NCBI GenBank assembly: GCA_037447605.1
Contig: CM074808.1
Span: forward strand, 3,596,001-3,660,000
Length of the DNA: 64,000 bases
Direction: 5' to 3'
Source of the DNA: Zygnema circumcarinatum SAG 698-1b
Taxonomy: Eukaryota; Plantae; Zygnematophyceae
Part shown: piece after piece, positions 27,401 through 40,555 of the stretch
Position numbering within the stretch: the first letter of the stretch is position 1
Layout: every line of letters starts with the position of its first letter
Notes under the pieces: generated by a model
Told to the model about the DNA's origin: nothing
The model's database searches: none
What the model saw: the letters and a program-made list of their open reading frames with translations, nothing else
Made by a program: the position numbers and the translations under genes

Positions 27401-28123
27401 CAACTGAATATCATTAACGGTATTTTTTGCAGCCATAATCCCTGAACCTTTGCTGCTGGAATTTTGCTGCAGTCTGTCAGAGACAGGAGATGCTACCGAC
27501 TTCTCTCCTAGACTTGCAACCATGGCTGAAAGGGAGGCTATATCTGAAGTAGACGGAAGTTTGCTAGGTTCATTTTCCAACCGATTCAGGAGCTCTGTCA
27601 ACAAAGACAGTTCTGCCGGCCTGCTTTCAACTTTTGTTAAGAAGTTCGCCTTCTCCAAAAGCTCTCGCACGAAATCCTCCTCACCTGTTGGGGGTCTTAT
27701 CCCCTTCTCAGACACTCCTGCTTTGATTTCTGCATTCCCGTCACTCACTCTATCCACTGGCACAGCTCCGCCCCCTGACTTATTCGCGCCTGCGTTATTA
27801 CTAAACTTCTCTACAGACGGCATTTCCGCCTCAATTCCGGGTGAAGATTTCACCCGACAGCAGAACCCGGACCTTCTACGCTCCTGGAATTTCACTGCCT
27901 TTGTTCCCAATGTAGTCATTGAGGACTCGTTCAACCATTTACTCCTCAATTTCGGAGTCAAAGTTTTGCTGGCACTGTGACTGCTATCGCCACTTAGAAC
28001 TAAATCGGACTGCACTTTCAAGGAAGCCGTCCATTTTCCAAGTATTGCTGGATCTCCAAAGCTTGACAATGACATCTGGGTTCCCCTGACGCTGTTAGCC
28101 ATGAAAGGGCCCGCGCTCGCCAT
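24471..28123 (-). CDS. PTST1: PROTEIN TARGETING TO STARCH 1-like (coiled coil plus CBM48), plastid-targeted
   Basis: Exons ~27257-28123, 26635-26711 (KLSEANAYNRHLQRE), 26371-26442 (KSELASMEAELK), 26114-26219 (KINGRFVYSHM), 25459-25547 (WYGMAE), 24707-24819 (VKVMGSFDNW..SPE..LRPG), 24471-24574 (YELKFLVDGEW..NNLLVVE*). These match recalled land-plant PTST1 motifs. Confidence 0.85.
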
Positions 28124-29709
28124 TACGTCACGGAGCAGCAAAAACTGCAAGCAAACAAAGGATTCGTTAACCTTCCTTCTGCAAAAACCAGCTTTCAACA
28201 AAAGACTTTATAAAGGACAGCACCACTGACGCTCGCGAGAGCAATAAAACAGGAGCTCTCAGCTGACACATGCGAACTGATGAATAAACTGAGAGGTCGG
28301 GAAAAGAATTGAAAGTAGGTAAAGGAAACGACTATCGTCGGAGACACTTCCTCACATATACCGACCCATGTAACGACGTTATGCGAACCTTCTCACGACC
28401 TACTCCTTATACTACTGTTTTTTTGCACTGCAACAAAGGGAGAGAGCGTGCGAACGAGAGAAGAGAGAGAGAGAGAGATACTTACTGCAATACACTTTCT
28501 ACAGATCGAATAGCTACGTCTCCTTTGGCTTACACCTTGAACAACATCCTCCAGCCATACCAAGAGCTTATTTGCTTGTGGAGTTCACTGTCATTCCTCC
28601 TCCTCTCCTTCTTCCTCCCTTCATGCCGATCGCATCCACCATCCTTGGCACAACCTTCCGCACCCTTTCGTCCACCATGCCCTCTTTCATTACCACCAAA
28701 CCCTAATCCTCTCTCTCCCTCTCCCTCCCCCTCCCCCTCCGACCTCTCCACCTCTCCCCCTATTCCCCCTTTCCCCTCTCCCCCTCTTTCTCTCTCTCTC
28801 CTCCCCCGCACCTTCCTCAAGTACGACGCCAAAGGGCATATCTGCGAGTCAAGGGGCAGTAGCACCCTGATAAGTGACAGCCAATCACGGAGTGCCACGT
28901 TGGCACAATGATGCGACGTGACAGGCTGCGATTGGTCCAGTCTCGGCCCGAGCCCTTCGATGACGCCTCGCGGATCGCTGCTTGTGGTCGAGCGCAGCCT
29001 GGCGGGATCGGCCGGATCCAACGGCTCTCTTTCGCTCACGTGGCGCACTCCTGGCCCTTTCGTCGCCGTAAGATTTGGAAGGATCGTCGGTTGAGATTTA
29101 ACCACGTGGCGGATCTAACGGTCGATTCTGTTTCAAGTGTGAATGAATCTGAGGTTTCGTCGACGTGCCAGAGCGCGCCAAAAGGTCGGCACGCGCGGGT
29201 GTTCGCACTAAAACCGGGACTTTGCCTGATATCACGCTGGAAAGGGAGATTGGGCATAGGCAATTCCATTCGTTAAATGAACTTCAATTTCTTCTTCAAT
29301 TTTCATAATATTGTAATTGAAGACGTTCCAGGGTTGTGCAAGATTTCAAACAAGATAAAGCTTTCTGTCAGAAAACGAGAAGAAAAATGGGATTGTTTAC
29401 GTAACGCGCTTGACTGTCTTATGTACAAAAACTTGCAGGAATGGAAGCAGTCCTATGAGAACAACATGCTGACGGAGTTCCTCCTTTGAAGTCCCGCGGT
29501 GTCAATACATGTCATCAGGCATGAAGGGGACGAAGCCCTTAGGAAAACTAAAACCTCTTTGTACCAAAAACTTTCACTATGTGCCGAAATCTCTCTCCTC
29601 AGCGGACACGCGAGCCGCAAAAAGTGTCCGCAAAAAATGTCAGATGGAGGTACGGGGAAATTAAAAAGGGCGCGATGGAAATTTGAATTTGCGACATTGA
29701 GAAGCGTGT

Positions 29710-31762
29710 TCAGGGCAGCTTGGGTCGAATGAGTAAATGAATGACGGGGCCGACGAGGGGCACGGCCGCCAGTGGGACCCACCACGTGTCCCTTCCTTCC
29801 CTGCATTGTAACCATAGGACGCTTCAACGTTAGGGCTAGCAAAATGGTAGGGTTCGGATGGAGTTAGGGTTAGCTTGGGATTAGGATTAGGGTAGGGTTA
29901 TTAGGTGTTGCTGAATGGTTGCTCCTTCTGATGAAGAACGAAACGGATAAGGAAATACTTTTCCTTATCCGTTTTTAGGGTTTTTAGGGTTTTGAGCAAA
30001 GGCCACAAAATGTATGTGAATAGGCACTTGCAAACAGGAAATGTGAAAGAAGGGAACTTCACCATTCACGAGCAGTCATGTCGTTGTAAAGCCAAAAAGG
30101 CGCCATCCCACACAAAATAAGAAAATCTATTGACGTAATGTGAATCTGTACAACGCAAACAGATGCAACAAGCCATGATGAGAACACAAATCTTTGGTCG
30201 AATCAACGATTTCCCCGAAAAGCCCCTCTGCATCCTGGAGCTTAACATCAGTGTCTTGAAAAATGCGTTTGTTGCAGGAAGTGAGTTATTTCCACCTTTT
30301 CTACAGGAGGAGTTTTTTTCTTACAAATTGGCTTTCGCGGAAATATTGAAGAAATTCAACCCACGCCTCCTCTCCAGCGAAAGCTGCATTTCCAATAAGG
30401 GTCACAGTTCCTACAGCTGCCACCTGCAGCTCCTCCATACATCTTCTTCAAGTCTTTACATAGTCGTTAATCTCAACCAGCAAGCAGTACATCGAACAAG
30501 GTCAGATGCGAGAAAGAGCGAACATTGATTAACTTATTAACTTTCCCTTTGTTTTAGGGAACAATCAGTGAAAAATGGCTGTTGATCACTTACCACTGCA
30601 GTGATTTTTGACTCAAATATTCGCAAAGGCCAACTCTGCTTCTCTTCTTCCGAAGGCAATTCAGGCGGTCCCTCTCCCCTCCAAAGCGCAAAATATGGCA
30701 ATAAAGCAAAAGCTCCGATAAAGGCTGATGCGAGTGAGAAAGGCCAGATAGGAGGGCCCTTAGAACTGGCAAACCCCATTGGTACCCCAAATGCACCCAC
30801 CCATTAAAAATTGCGGGCGGAAGCGGGAGAGGGCGAGGGACAGGAAGAGAGGGAGAGGGAGAGGGAGAGGGAGAGGGAGAGGGAGAGGGAGAGTGTTATT
30901 TTTTATGGGTGGGGTAAAGTCCTGACCTTCTTGCGGTTGGAATAAGAAGCATGGCATATACTAGAGGCCAGACGCCCATTAAATTCCACAAAGATACGAG
31001 GACGGGGTTCATAGCGAACCCGTCATCGGCGCGCAAAAAAAGTAACTTCTGAATAAAATATTGATCGCGAAACTGCATTCAAAAACACGGAACCAAACAA
31101 AAGCAGAATATTTTATACATTTTTGGGTGAAAAGGGAAGGCAATAAGGGAAGGGTCGAGGAATGAGAGCAAATGTACTTACAAAGCCTTTTCAAAACATG
31201 TTTACTGACAACGAAATCGCGACCGACAGATTTCTTGACCACTCCAAATCTTCCCATTAAGAACAGTTTCAAAAAATTGCCTTCAGATAAATGTCAATAT
31301 TTCCGCACAACCACTTTACCGCCTCGAATTCGATTTGAATAACTCTAAACAGGAAAATGCGCGTCTACAAACGTCCCAATTCAAACTCACCGGAGTCTGC
31401 GAAGGTGCCAATGTGAATGCATAAGCTCCAAACCCTAACCAGAGCAACCCTAATCCGATGCTTGCGATTACAGCCGTCGGATCCCCTCCGGAGCCTCCCT
31501 CGCCGTCGGATTGCCCATCCCCCACTGCCTTCGCGCGAACCGAAAGCCTGGCTTCCTTGGAAACCCTAAAATATCCGTCCAGCTGACCGTAGAGAGGCTC
31601 TGCCACGTGGCCTAACCTCGTGCGAGCCCGCAGGAGAGCCGAAGATGTGGGCGAGCTATGGCGGGAAGAGGGGAGAACGGAGGAGCGGATGCGTGGCACC
31701 CTCTGCAAGGAGCAGGGGAAGGGTGGAGAGAGAAGAATAGATGAGCACGAGGAGGCAGCCAT
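29710..31762 (-). CDS. Conserved plastid-targeted multi-pass membrane protein of unknown function (DUF2834-like; family label tentative)
   Basis: Ser/Arg-rich transit peptide MAASSCSS... Exons give LWNLMGVWPLVYAMLLIP, PIWPFSLASAFIGAFALLPYFALW, AWVEFLQYFRESQF (~30325-30423), IHITSIDF..APFWLYNDMTARE (~30063-30145) and WVPLAAVPLVGPVIHLLIRPKLP* (stop 29710-29712). Confidence 0.75.
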
Positions 31763-32608
31763 GGCGGCAGCTATGGTCAGGGGAATGGCGGAGAGGCCGC
31801 CACGTGGCCGAGGGAAGGAAGAAGGGCGGAGAGGGAGGAAAGTGGAGGGGGAGGGTGGCTGCGCATGGAACGGGAGTCACATGTGAGCGTCGCAGTTGAA
31901 CTGTGGAAATCTAACGGGGTGATTTTTATGCAACATAGAAACTAGAAATTGCAGAAAAACCAGTTTAACTAATTGAGAACATAGAACTTGTGGTCCCAGG
32001 GCCTAGAGGTGCTTTGTAAGCGGTTGGTTCCTCGTGGTTCCCCTTGTTGTTGCTGTTGTCCATGTTGAACATTTCATGGCATCGCTATCGTGAGATCGAT
32101 GCAAATTTCTCTAGATACAATGTACAACGGCATGAATGCGTGAATGTTGGACATGCATGATGGGGCTCTGCGCAAGAATGCCACACTGTCTCGGGGCTGA
32201 GCTCGCCATGTACTCCTTTCCATCAGTTGCATTCCGTTGGTTGTAAAAATAGCAGAACTTGACATTAAGAAGGGATCCAAGGCAGGGAACTGAACTGATT
32301 CTTTCAAATCTTCACGAGTTTTTATAGCCTCTATCAAACAACACCATGCGCCAGCCAGTGCTAAAGAGAAATTTCAGATTAAAGAGAACTGAAAGAGTAC
32401 AAACACGAAAAACTGGACATGGGTCATCTGTTATCAAACTTGTTAAGGCAACAAGTTTATCACAATGTAAACTATCTCACTTCAAGAAAACCCACAAACG
32501 AACTTGCTAACCGCTCTAGAGACTAGTATAGTCACTCAGCTTGTGTGTGTGCGTTTGAGTGAGTGAGTGAGTGAGAGAGAGAAAGAGCGAGAGAGGACTA
32601 CGAGGACT

Positions 32609-32831
32609 CTATGCCCGATACAATGTGGCCGTGGGGCAGCCCGCCCCCGAGGCCGTGAGCCACATGTCGAAGCGCGTGTTCCACGACCAGATGACGTGCG
32701 CGTGCACTTCCACCGCGACCGTGTTCACTCCGCTCACGAGCTTCGCCCCGCTTATGTCCAACGACACCGGCGTGTACTCGGGAGTCGTCCAGTCATGGCC
32801 ATCGCCGTACGCCTGCATGCATGTGCCATAA

Positions 32832-32914
<83 letters not shown>

Positions 32915-35900
32915 GCAGAAGCAGCAGCAGCAGCAGCAGCAGCATCATCATCATCATCATCATGAACAACAACAACATCACGTCCGTTAGATGGACTCCA
33001 CATCCACATGCTCGCACTAACAAGGCATGTTCAAAACAAAGTTACAAAGTTAAGTAGTGATAGTGAAAGCAGTCCGAGCTGTCCGAGTCAACCCATGAAG
33101 CTTTAAGACTTGAAGAGCTTGACCGTGCGAGGGAACTTACAGGAGTTTGAGCATTGATGGGTCCGCTTGGCAGGTTATTGCGGTAAATCTCGTTTCCGTT
33201 AATGTAGACAACCACACCGTCGTTGATCATTATGCCAAAGTCGAGAGTTTTCATGCATGATAGTTTGGTGAAGCCGAACGTCGTCTTGAAGTACCAAGTG
33301 AGACTCCTCTGCAGACCGACAGGCAGACCCTTTGAGTGAGGAAGGAGCCCCGCGATAGAGATACCAAAAGCAAGTCTAAATGTCGGAGCCATTCAAAGGG
33401 AGGCAAGGACGTGTTGACCAGTAGAGGAGCTTACCATGTCGTTGGAAGTCCTTATGGGAGTGTCGCTTGGCGTGCCGCCATAGCCGAACACTCCATAGCC
33501 CATCTTCCATCCTTGGGTGCTTGGATCCTTAGACCACACCGAGCCCAAGTCGTCCCCGTTGTCGTTGAAGTACCATTGCGACTTGGAAGGAAGAATGCCA
33601 CACTTTCTGCACCATCATTGTTTTTAGGGAAATGCATCAGCTTCCACCTAAAGCAAGCAAAAGGAGGAGACAATGGCCATTTCCCGACTCATCGCGACCC
33701 TTCTCTCCCTCTCACTCTCTCACACGAACACACATTTGATTGCTGTCCTTTGTCACTATCGATTGGCACAAGTTTGAAAAACGAGCTATCGCTATGTAAA
33801 TATCCAAACAAAAACTTGGAGTATGTGCACCCACAAGCTCGAGCAGGAGGGGGCCCCCGCCGTAGAAGTAAAAACTGTCGATGTTAGCACGCTCCCACCA
33901 AGTTCAACCTTTAGGAACGTGGCCCGGCCTTGGCTGCAAATGTATGATGTCTGAATTGAATTCGCAGGGGAGATCGACGATCCCGCACAAGGCCTGGTAA
34001 GAGCACAGAAACCACAAGTTCAAAGGCGTCAATTGCCCATCCACCCATTGACATTGCGAGGCTCATGAAAATTTAATCAGCAATTGCAATCTTAGAACTA
34101 ATTTCTTGGGGAAGTTACTTGTCCAACTTGTACTTACTTCCATGCCGCTCCGCTTGCAACCCATTGCCCGTTCGCTGGGAGGCCGAGCTGAACGATGACG
34201 GAGCCGGTGCAGCCTTCAGGGTCGCCATACATCATTGTGAGAGAGGACGGAGGGGGGTCTATGGTTACACTGTAGGGTGATCCCGCCAGGAGGTTGAGGA
34301 AGATGCCCGATCTGGAACTCGACACAAATTGGAACGATTTTCCGTCCTGGAATTCATCGAGAGGGGTTTGGCATTAATACTGGAAACAGTGAATGGCTTC
34401 AGAATTCAGTAAAAACCAGAGCCAGAGCGCTTGTATTACTGGTTATTGACTTAGCAAAAAAAGATGACAAAGCATCAATAGAAAGGAGGGATTTTCGGAA
34501 ACATGATAGGAAACATGATATTGATACAAACGAGACCCCAATCTGAAAGAGAAATCAGCTGTGGAAAGTGACATTGTGGGGAGAAGGAGCGAACCTGCAG
34601 ACGAGTAACTGTGAATGTGGGGCTGTCGTTCAATCCTGACAATCCAAAGTAAACTGATCGATAGCAGGTCCCAGGGCAGGCGTATGCGTAGTCACCATTC
34701 ATAGCCTGAATGAATAGCAAACCTGTTCGTAAGAAAAAGGAATAAAATACGAAACAAAATATAACAAGATGCGCATTCACACCATGAGAAAAATCAGGGT
34801 TTTATGGACAAACTTACCGTGCATGCGTTTGCATTCGCCGGCAACAATGCCGGCGTGTTAGCAACCGCATATCCGCCTCCTCCCCCGACAAGAGTCCCGT
34901 CCTCATCTTTGAAGACGTACATGCTCGCGATTGGCCCTGCGTCGGCCGCGGTCTCAAAGCCGAGAATCGCTTGAAGGCGAGGAGTCATGTATAGGCGCGG
35001 ACTGTCATCCACAAAGCGGAGCTGCTTGCTGCTGTGGCTCGCCAGAAAAACCATGCCCTGGGTTTTCCCGTTACCTGTTTTCAAGGTTCAGGGTTTCAGG
35101 TTTAGTTTAAAGTTTATGTTTAGGGACAAGCTCTGGAACTGTCCACTTGCTATTGGAGGGGAGGGGGAGGGGGAGGGGGAGGGGGAGGGGGAGGGGGAGG
35201 GGGAGGGGGAGGGGGAGGGGGAGGGGGAGGGGGAGGGGGAGGGGGAGGGGGAGGGGGAGGGGGAGGGGGAGGGGATGGGGAGGGGGTGGGGTTTGAAACA
35301 ATCTGGAAATTTTGATTCAAAAAAGATTCATGGAAAAGAGGAAAGGCACAACATAAGCTCACATAACACTGACGAATTCAACCCCGCCCCTTTTTTTTAT
35401 TTTTTTATTTTTTATGGAAGCTTTTTAAGATACTTTGCATGAAATATTCACCTGTGATAGCGGCGGCGACGCGGCATTGGTTGTTGAAATTTCCAAAAGT
35501 GACATTTGTGACATGTTGGGGGAGAGGAGGACCCCTCGAATGCCCGTCTCGAGTGAGTCCATTTGAAGGAAAGATGCTCTGATCAATTAGAATTCCAAAT
35601 TGGGGATACGACCGCTTAGTTTGACCTGCTCCGGTCGATCTTGCTTGCGCTACATCGACCGGAAATTGGCAGCCGCTGATTGGTTTGCAGTTGGCATATT
35701 CGTTCCCGTATTCGCTGCACCCGCTGGGATTGCCTATGTTGGCAGTTTCACCCAAAATGATGGAGTTTTGGACCTGTTCGGGGGAAAGCCACACCAAGAG
35801 GGGAGGGAGGGAGGGAGGGAGGGAGGGAGGGAGAGAAAGGGGTAGAAAGTGAGTTAGAGAAAAAAGAATGAGGCGGTCTCGGGGTTAGTCTGTTCAGGGA

Positions 35901-38900
35901 GGGAAGAAGGGGAAATTGGGGGGAGAGGGAGTGAGAGGGAAAGGGAGAGGGAGAGAGAAGGGGTGGTTGGCACTGTTAAAGGGCCAGGGACGAGGGAAAG
36001 AAAAAAGAGTGAGGAAGGGGAAGAGAGAGCGAAGCCGGGTGAGAGAGGTGGATGTATGGAACGAGAGTAAAGCAAGAGGAAGGAAGGAATGGCGGAGAGA
36101 GGGGGGGAGTGCTGAGAGACGGGCGTAAAAGTAGAGAGAAACTGAGGGAGGATGAATTGATGGGAGATGGAGAAGTGATAGAACTAAGGGAGGAGGTGTG
36201 ATAGAGAACTTTTTAGCTGCATGGAGACAGAGACAGCAAAACTAGGAGTGGAAGGAAAAGCAGCACAGCTGTACGGAGCGAGAGAGGGAGGGAGAGAGTG
36301 AAAAATGGGGTGAGGAAGAGTGACGGGGAAGGGGAGGGGGAGGGGAGGGGGAGGGGGAGGGGGAGGGGGATGGGGAGGGGGTGGGGTTTGAAACAATCTG
36401 GAAATTTTGATTCAAAAAAGATTCATGGAAAAGAGGAAAGGCACAACATAAGCTCACATAACACTGACGAATTCAACCCCGCCCCTTTTTTTTATTTTTT
36501 TATTTTTTATGGAAGCTTTTTAAGATACTTTGCATGAAATATTCACCTGTGATAGCGGCGGCGACGCGGCATTGGTTGTTGAAATTTCCAAAAGTGACAT
36601 TTGTGACATGTTGGGGGAGAGGAGGACCCCTCGAATGCCCGTCTCGAGTGAGTCCATTTGAAGGAAAGATGCTCTGATCAATTAGAATTCCAAATTGGGG
36701 ATACGACCGCTTAGTTTGACCTGCTCCGGTCGATCTTGCTTGCGCTACATCGACCGGAAATTGGCAGCCGCTGATTGGTTTGCAGTTGGCATATTCGTTC
36801 CCGTATTCGCTGCACCCGCTGGGATTGCCTATGTTGGCAGTTTCACCCAAAATGATGGAGTTTTGGACCTGTTCGGGGGAAAGCCACACCAAGAGGGGAG
36901 GGAGGGAGGGAGGGAGGGAGGGAGGGAGAGAAAGGGGTAGAAAGTGAGTTAGAGAAAAAAGAATGAGGCGGTCTCGGGGTTAGTCTGTTCAGGGAGGGAA
37001 GAAGGGGAAATTGGGGGGAGAGGGAGTGAGAGGGAAAGGGAGAGGGAGAGAGAAGGGGTGGTTGGCACTGTTAAAGGGCCAGGGACGAGGGAAAGAAAAA
37101 AGAGTGAGGAAGGGGAAGAGAGAGCGAAGCCGGGTGAGAGAGGTGGATGTATGGAACGAGAGTAAAGCAAGAGGAAGGAAGGAATGGCGGAGAGAGGGGG
37201 GGAGTGCTGAGAGACGGGCGTAAAAGTAGAGAGAAACTGAGGGAGGATGAATTGATGGGAGATGGAGAAGTGATAGAACTAAGGGAGGAGGTGTGATAGA
37301 GAACTTTTTAGCTGCATGGAGACAGAGACAGCAAAACTAGGAGTGGAAGGAAAAGCAGCACAGCTGTACGGAGCGAGAGAGGGAGGGAGAGAGTGAAAAA
37401 TGGGGTGAGGAAGAGTGACGGGGAAGGGGGAGGGGGAGGAGGACAGAAGAAGTGGGAGAGGTTGGGGGAGAGAGAGAGGGGGAGGGAGAGGAGAGAGAGA
37501 GAGTGAGAGGGGAGAAAGGGTGAGAGATAGAGAAAGAGCGATAGAGAGAGGGGGAGGAGAGGCAGAGAGAGAGCAAGGGGGAGAGAGAGATATTCTCACA
37601 ATGCAGTGCTCCACTTGGTGCAGTTCGATTCCCACCACCACATTGTCGGCCAACATGGCGCCATCGATGATTAACGAATCCGTTTCGTGAATAAACATTC
37701 TGCAAATTGGCGTAAAATTGAACAATTTTCAGTATATCGAAAGTTAGATTTCATCTACTAGTTCTACAGGAAAGGGAAGAGAGAGACGAAATACGCGAAA
37801 AAAACGAAGAAGCACAAAAAGTGACGAGGTGGAGGAAAGCTCACCCAATCATCGCGTTTTTGAAGACTCGGAAATTTTTTATCACAACGTCGACAGCCGG
37901 CTGCACAAACCCGGGCAGAAAAAAAGAAAAATTGAGAAAACAAATACATTTTGATCTCTCGTTTCTCCCTCTACTTCACTCCCGTCTCTCGCTTTCCCCC
38001 CCTCTCCCTTTCCTTATTCTCCTTTCTGTATCCTTGCAGGTTTACACCTGTTATATATCAAGAGAGGAAAGAGGCCCTTGAAAATTGGATTGAGAGAGAG
38101 AGAGAGTGAGCAAGAGTGAAAAGAGTGAGGGAGAGAGAGAGAGAGTGAGAAAAAAGGAATGGAAATAAAAAACGAAAGGAGGGGCGGTATGGTCTCACAG
38201 CGTTGATCGGATTTCCGATTCCTCCCACTCCTCCGTCTACTCGAGGGCGGTAACCAATTGAATATGTGCGGAGGCCTGTCCTCATATAAGAATGCGCCAC
38301 GTTTCCATTGAAACTTGTTAACGGAATAAAGCGCGGATAAATTGTGGAAGCGTCCGGAAATTGGGCTGAGGGGCCCTGCACTCGGTCAGATAATTCAAAC
38401 CAGAACCTGCATTTGAACTCGGTTGAAATAAATCAGAAGATAGAACCTCAAAACTACTTTTTTTTAAGTAAAGAAGGAGGGGAAGGGGGGGTTTCTGGGG
38501 TGGCGAGAGAGTGAGAGGGAGCGGGAGAGCGAGAGAGAGACGAGAGAGGGACACATGGCTTAAATTTGACTGACCCGGAATCGGCTCCTCCTGCTGCAAC
38601 ATTGTTGTTTATCACATTTTTTAGTATGGAAAACCAAAATGTAGCAGGGGCGTTATCGCTAATTGAGGGCCCGCCTTGTGTGGTTGGGATCGTACGCTGC
38701 ACTGCCTCCTGCATGCTCGAGAAAAAAAATAAAGAAAGAAAGAAATGCCTGTAAGTTCTACACATCACCCCTATATCCATTTCAATCTCTAACAACGATA
38801 AAACTTCAATCTCACACAAACCTCTAGTCACTCTTCTGGTACCCTTTTTTTTCAAGCCCATTTCCCTTTCTCTCCCTCACCGTTGAAATGCCGAGATTGT

Positions 38901-39305
38901 TTGAAAACGTGTTGTTTTGTTCGTATCCATCTTCCACCATGAAGCAGTGCCCCTTTGTGTTGAAGGCGGTGTTTCCGTCGATCAAAAGGTTTGACGATCC
39001 ATGCACGACAATGCAGCGCTGATTTGAGTCGTGAATCGAAAGTTTGCTGAGAACGGCGCCGGCGAGCGATTGGCAAAGATGCATGTGCATGGGGTACTTG
39101 CCGAGGGTCCCCTGCTGGCCCATGTTGGCCAATTCGACGCCGTAAATTTTGTGCTTCAGGGGAGTTTGCCATACAACAAAATGCCCTCCTGCCCGACAAA
39201 AATAAAGGAAAAAAAATATATTGAGAAAATGGCAAAGAAGAAGGAGAAAAACGACCAGCTTTCATAAATTTGTTAATTCAAACAATACCAGAGTGGGAGA
39301 GAGAG

Positions 39306-39380
<75 letters not shown>

Positions 39381-40481
39381 GAGAGAGAGATTGAGAGAGA
39401 GAGAGAGAGGAGTACCGATAAGAGGATCGTTCGGATTGGGGTGTCCTTGAATACGAATGGAGCGTGTGAGCAAAGCGATCTCTGCGGACTGACTCATTGT
39501 CACTCCGGCCACGCCCGTCTGAATCGGATCTCCCCAATGCATGTAGTCAAGGGGCTTGTCCAGATACACCGTCGTCGTCCACTTTCCTGATCACATCAAC
39601 CGCCCACCCCCAAGAAGAGATCCCTCAACTTCCCTCTCCAATTCGCACCCAAAAAACTCTTTTTTCCCCCCAAAAAGTGCTCTATATCCCCTCCCCCCCC
39701 CCCGCCCTTTCTATTTCAATACTATTATAATACTATTTCAGCACTATTTCAATACAAGTAAAGAGGTACCTTTACCCACCTTTTACGACCCCTGTAATCG
39801 TCCTCCTCTCCGCCTGCTTATAGTCGAAATCCGTCGAAGCAATGGCAATCGAGCCGTTGACCGGCCACAAAGAAACGTCGCCATCGACAACAAGTGAAGG
39901 CGAACCCTTGGGAGCACTTTTCCTTAGAAAGGTCCACGCCCTCTGGTTTCCGTACATTCCATTCATTTCCACCAAACCGCCGACCTGCAAACCAACCATC
40001 ATCATGGTTGGCACAAGCCATTTCTAGTTCATCAGTTTGTTGGGGCGCACGAAAGCAAGAATGGTGGAATTCATGAGACCCAGAAATGCAATATACAAAG
40101 ACAGAAACATGATAGGGATTGAAGTGAGGAGCAATAAGATGAAAAAAGTAACTAATTAGCAGGTTGATAATGAAGCAGAGAGGGATAGAGAGGGTGAAGT
40201 TGCATGGGGCTAAGTAAGAAACCACTGACCACAGCGAAGGCTCGCCTCCCGAGAGTCGCCATTTTGGAGCCCTGTGAGAGGGAGTAGTCGTACCCTCCCT
40301 CCGTCAAATTGAAGGCGATGGCTCCGCCGTACGGGAGGGAGGGAGTGCCGATCGTGAGCCGGCCCTGGACCACCACAAAGTTGGCCATCACCTGAAACGG
40401 GCCCTTGTCCTGCACCCTGCTCCCAAACAACCCACCACAGAAACAAAGAGAAGCTCAAGTTAGTTAGGCGCTAAGTAGGGG

Positions 40482-40555
<74 letters not shown>

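Noticed and set aside
32752-33057. Poly-Asp, poly-Met and poly-Ile ORFs
   Set aside because: Intronic (CAT)n microsatellite.
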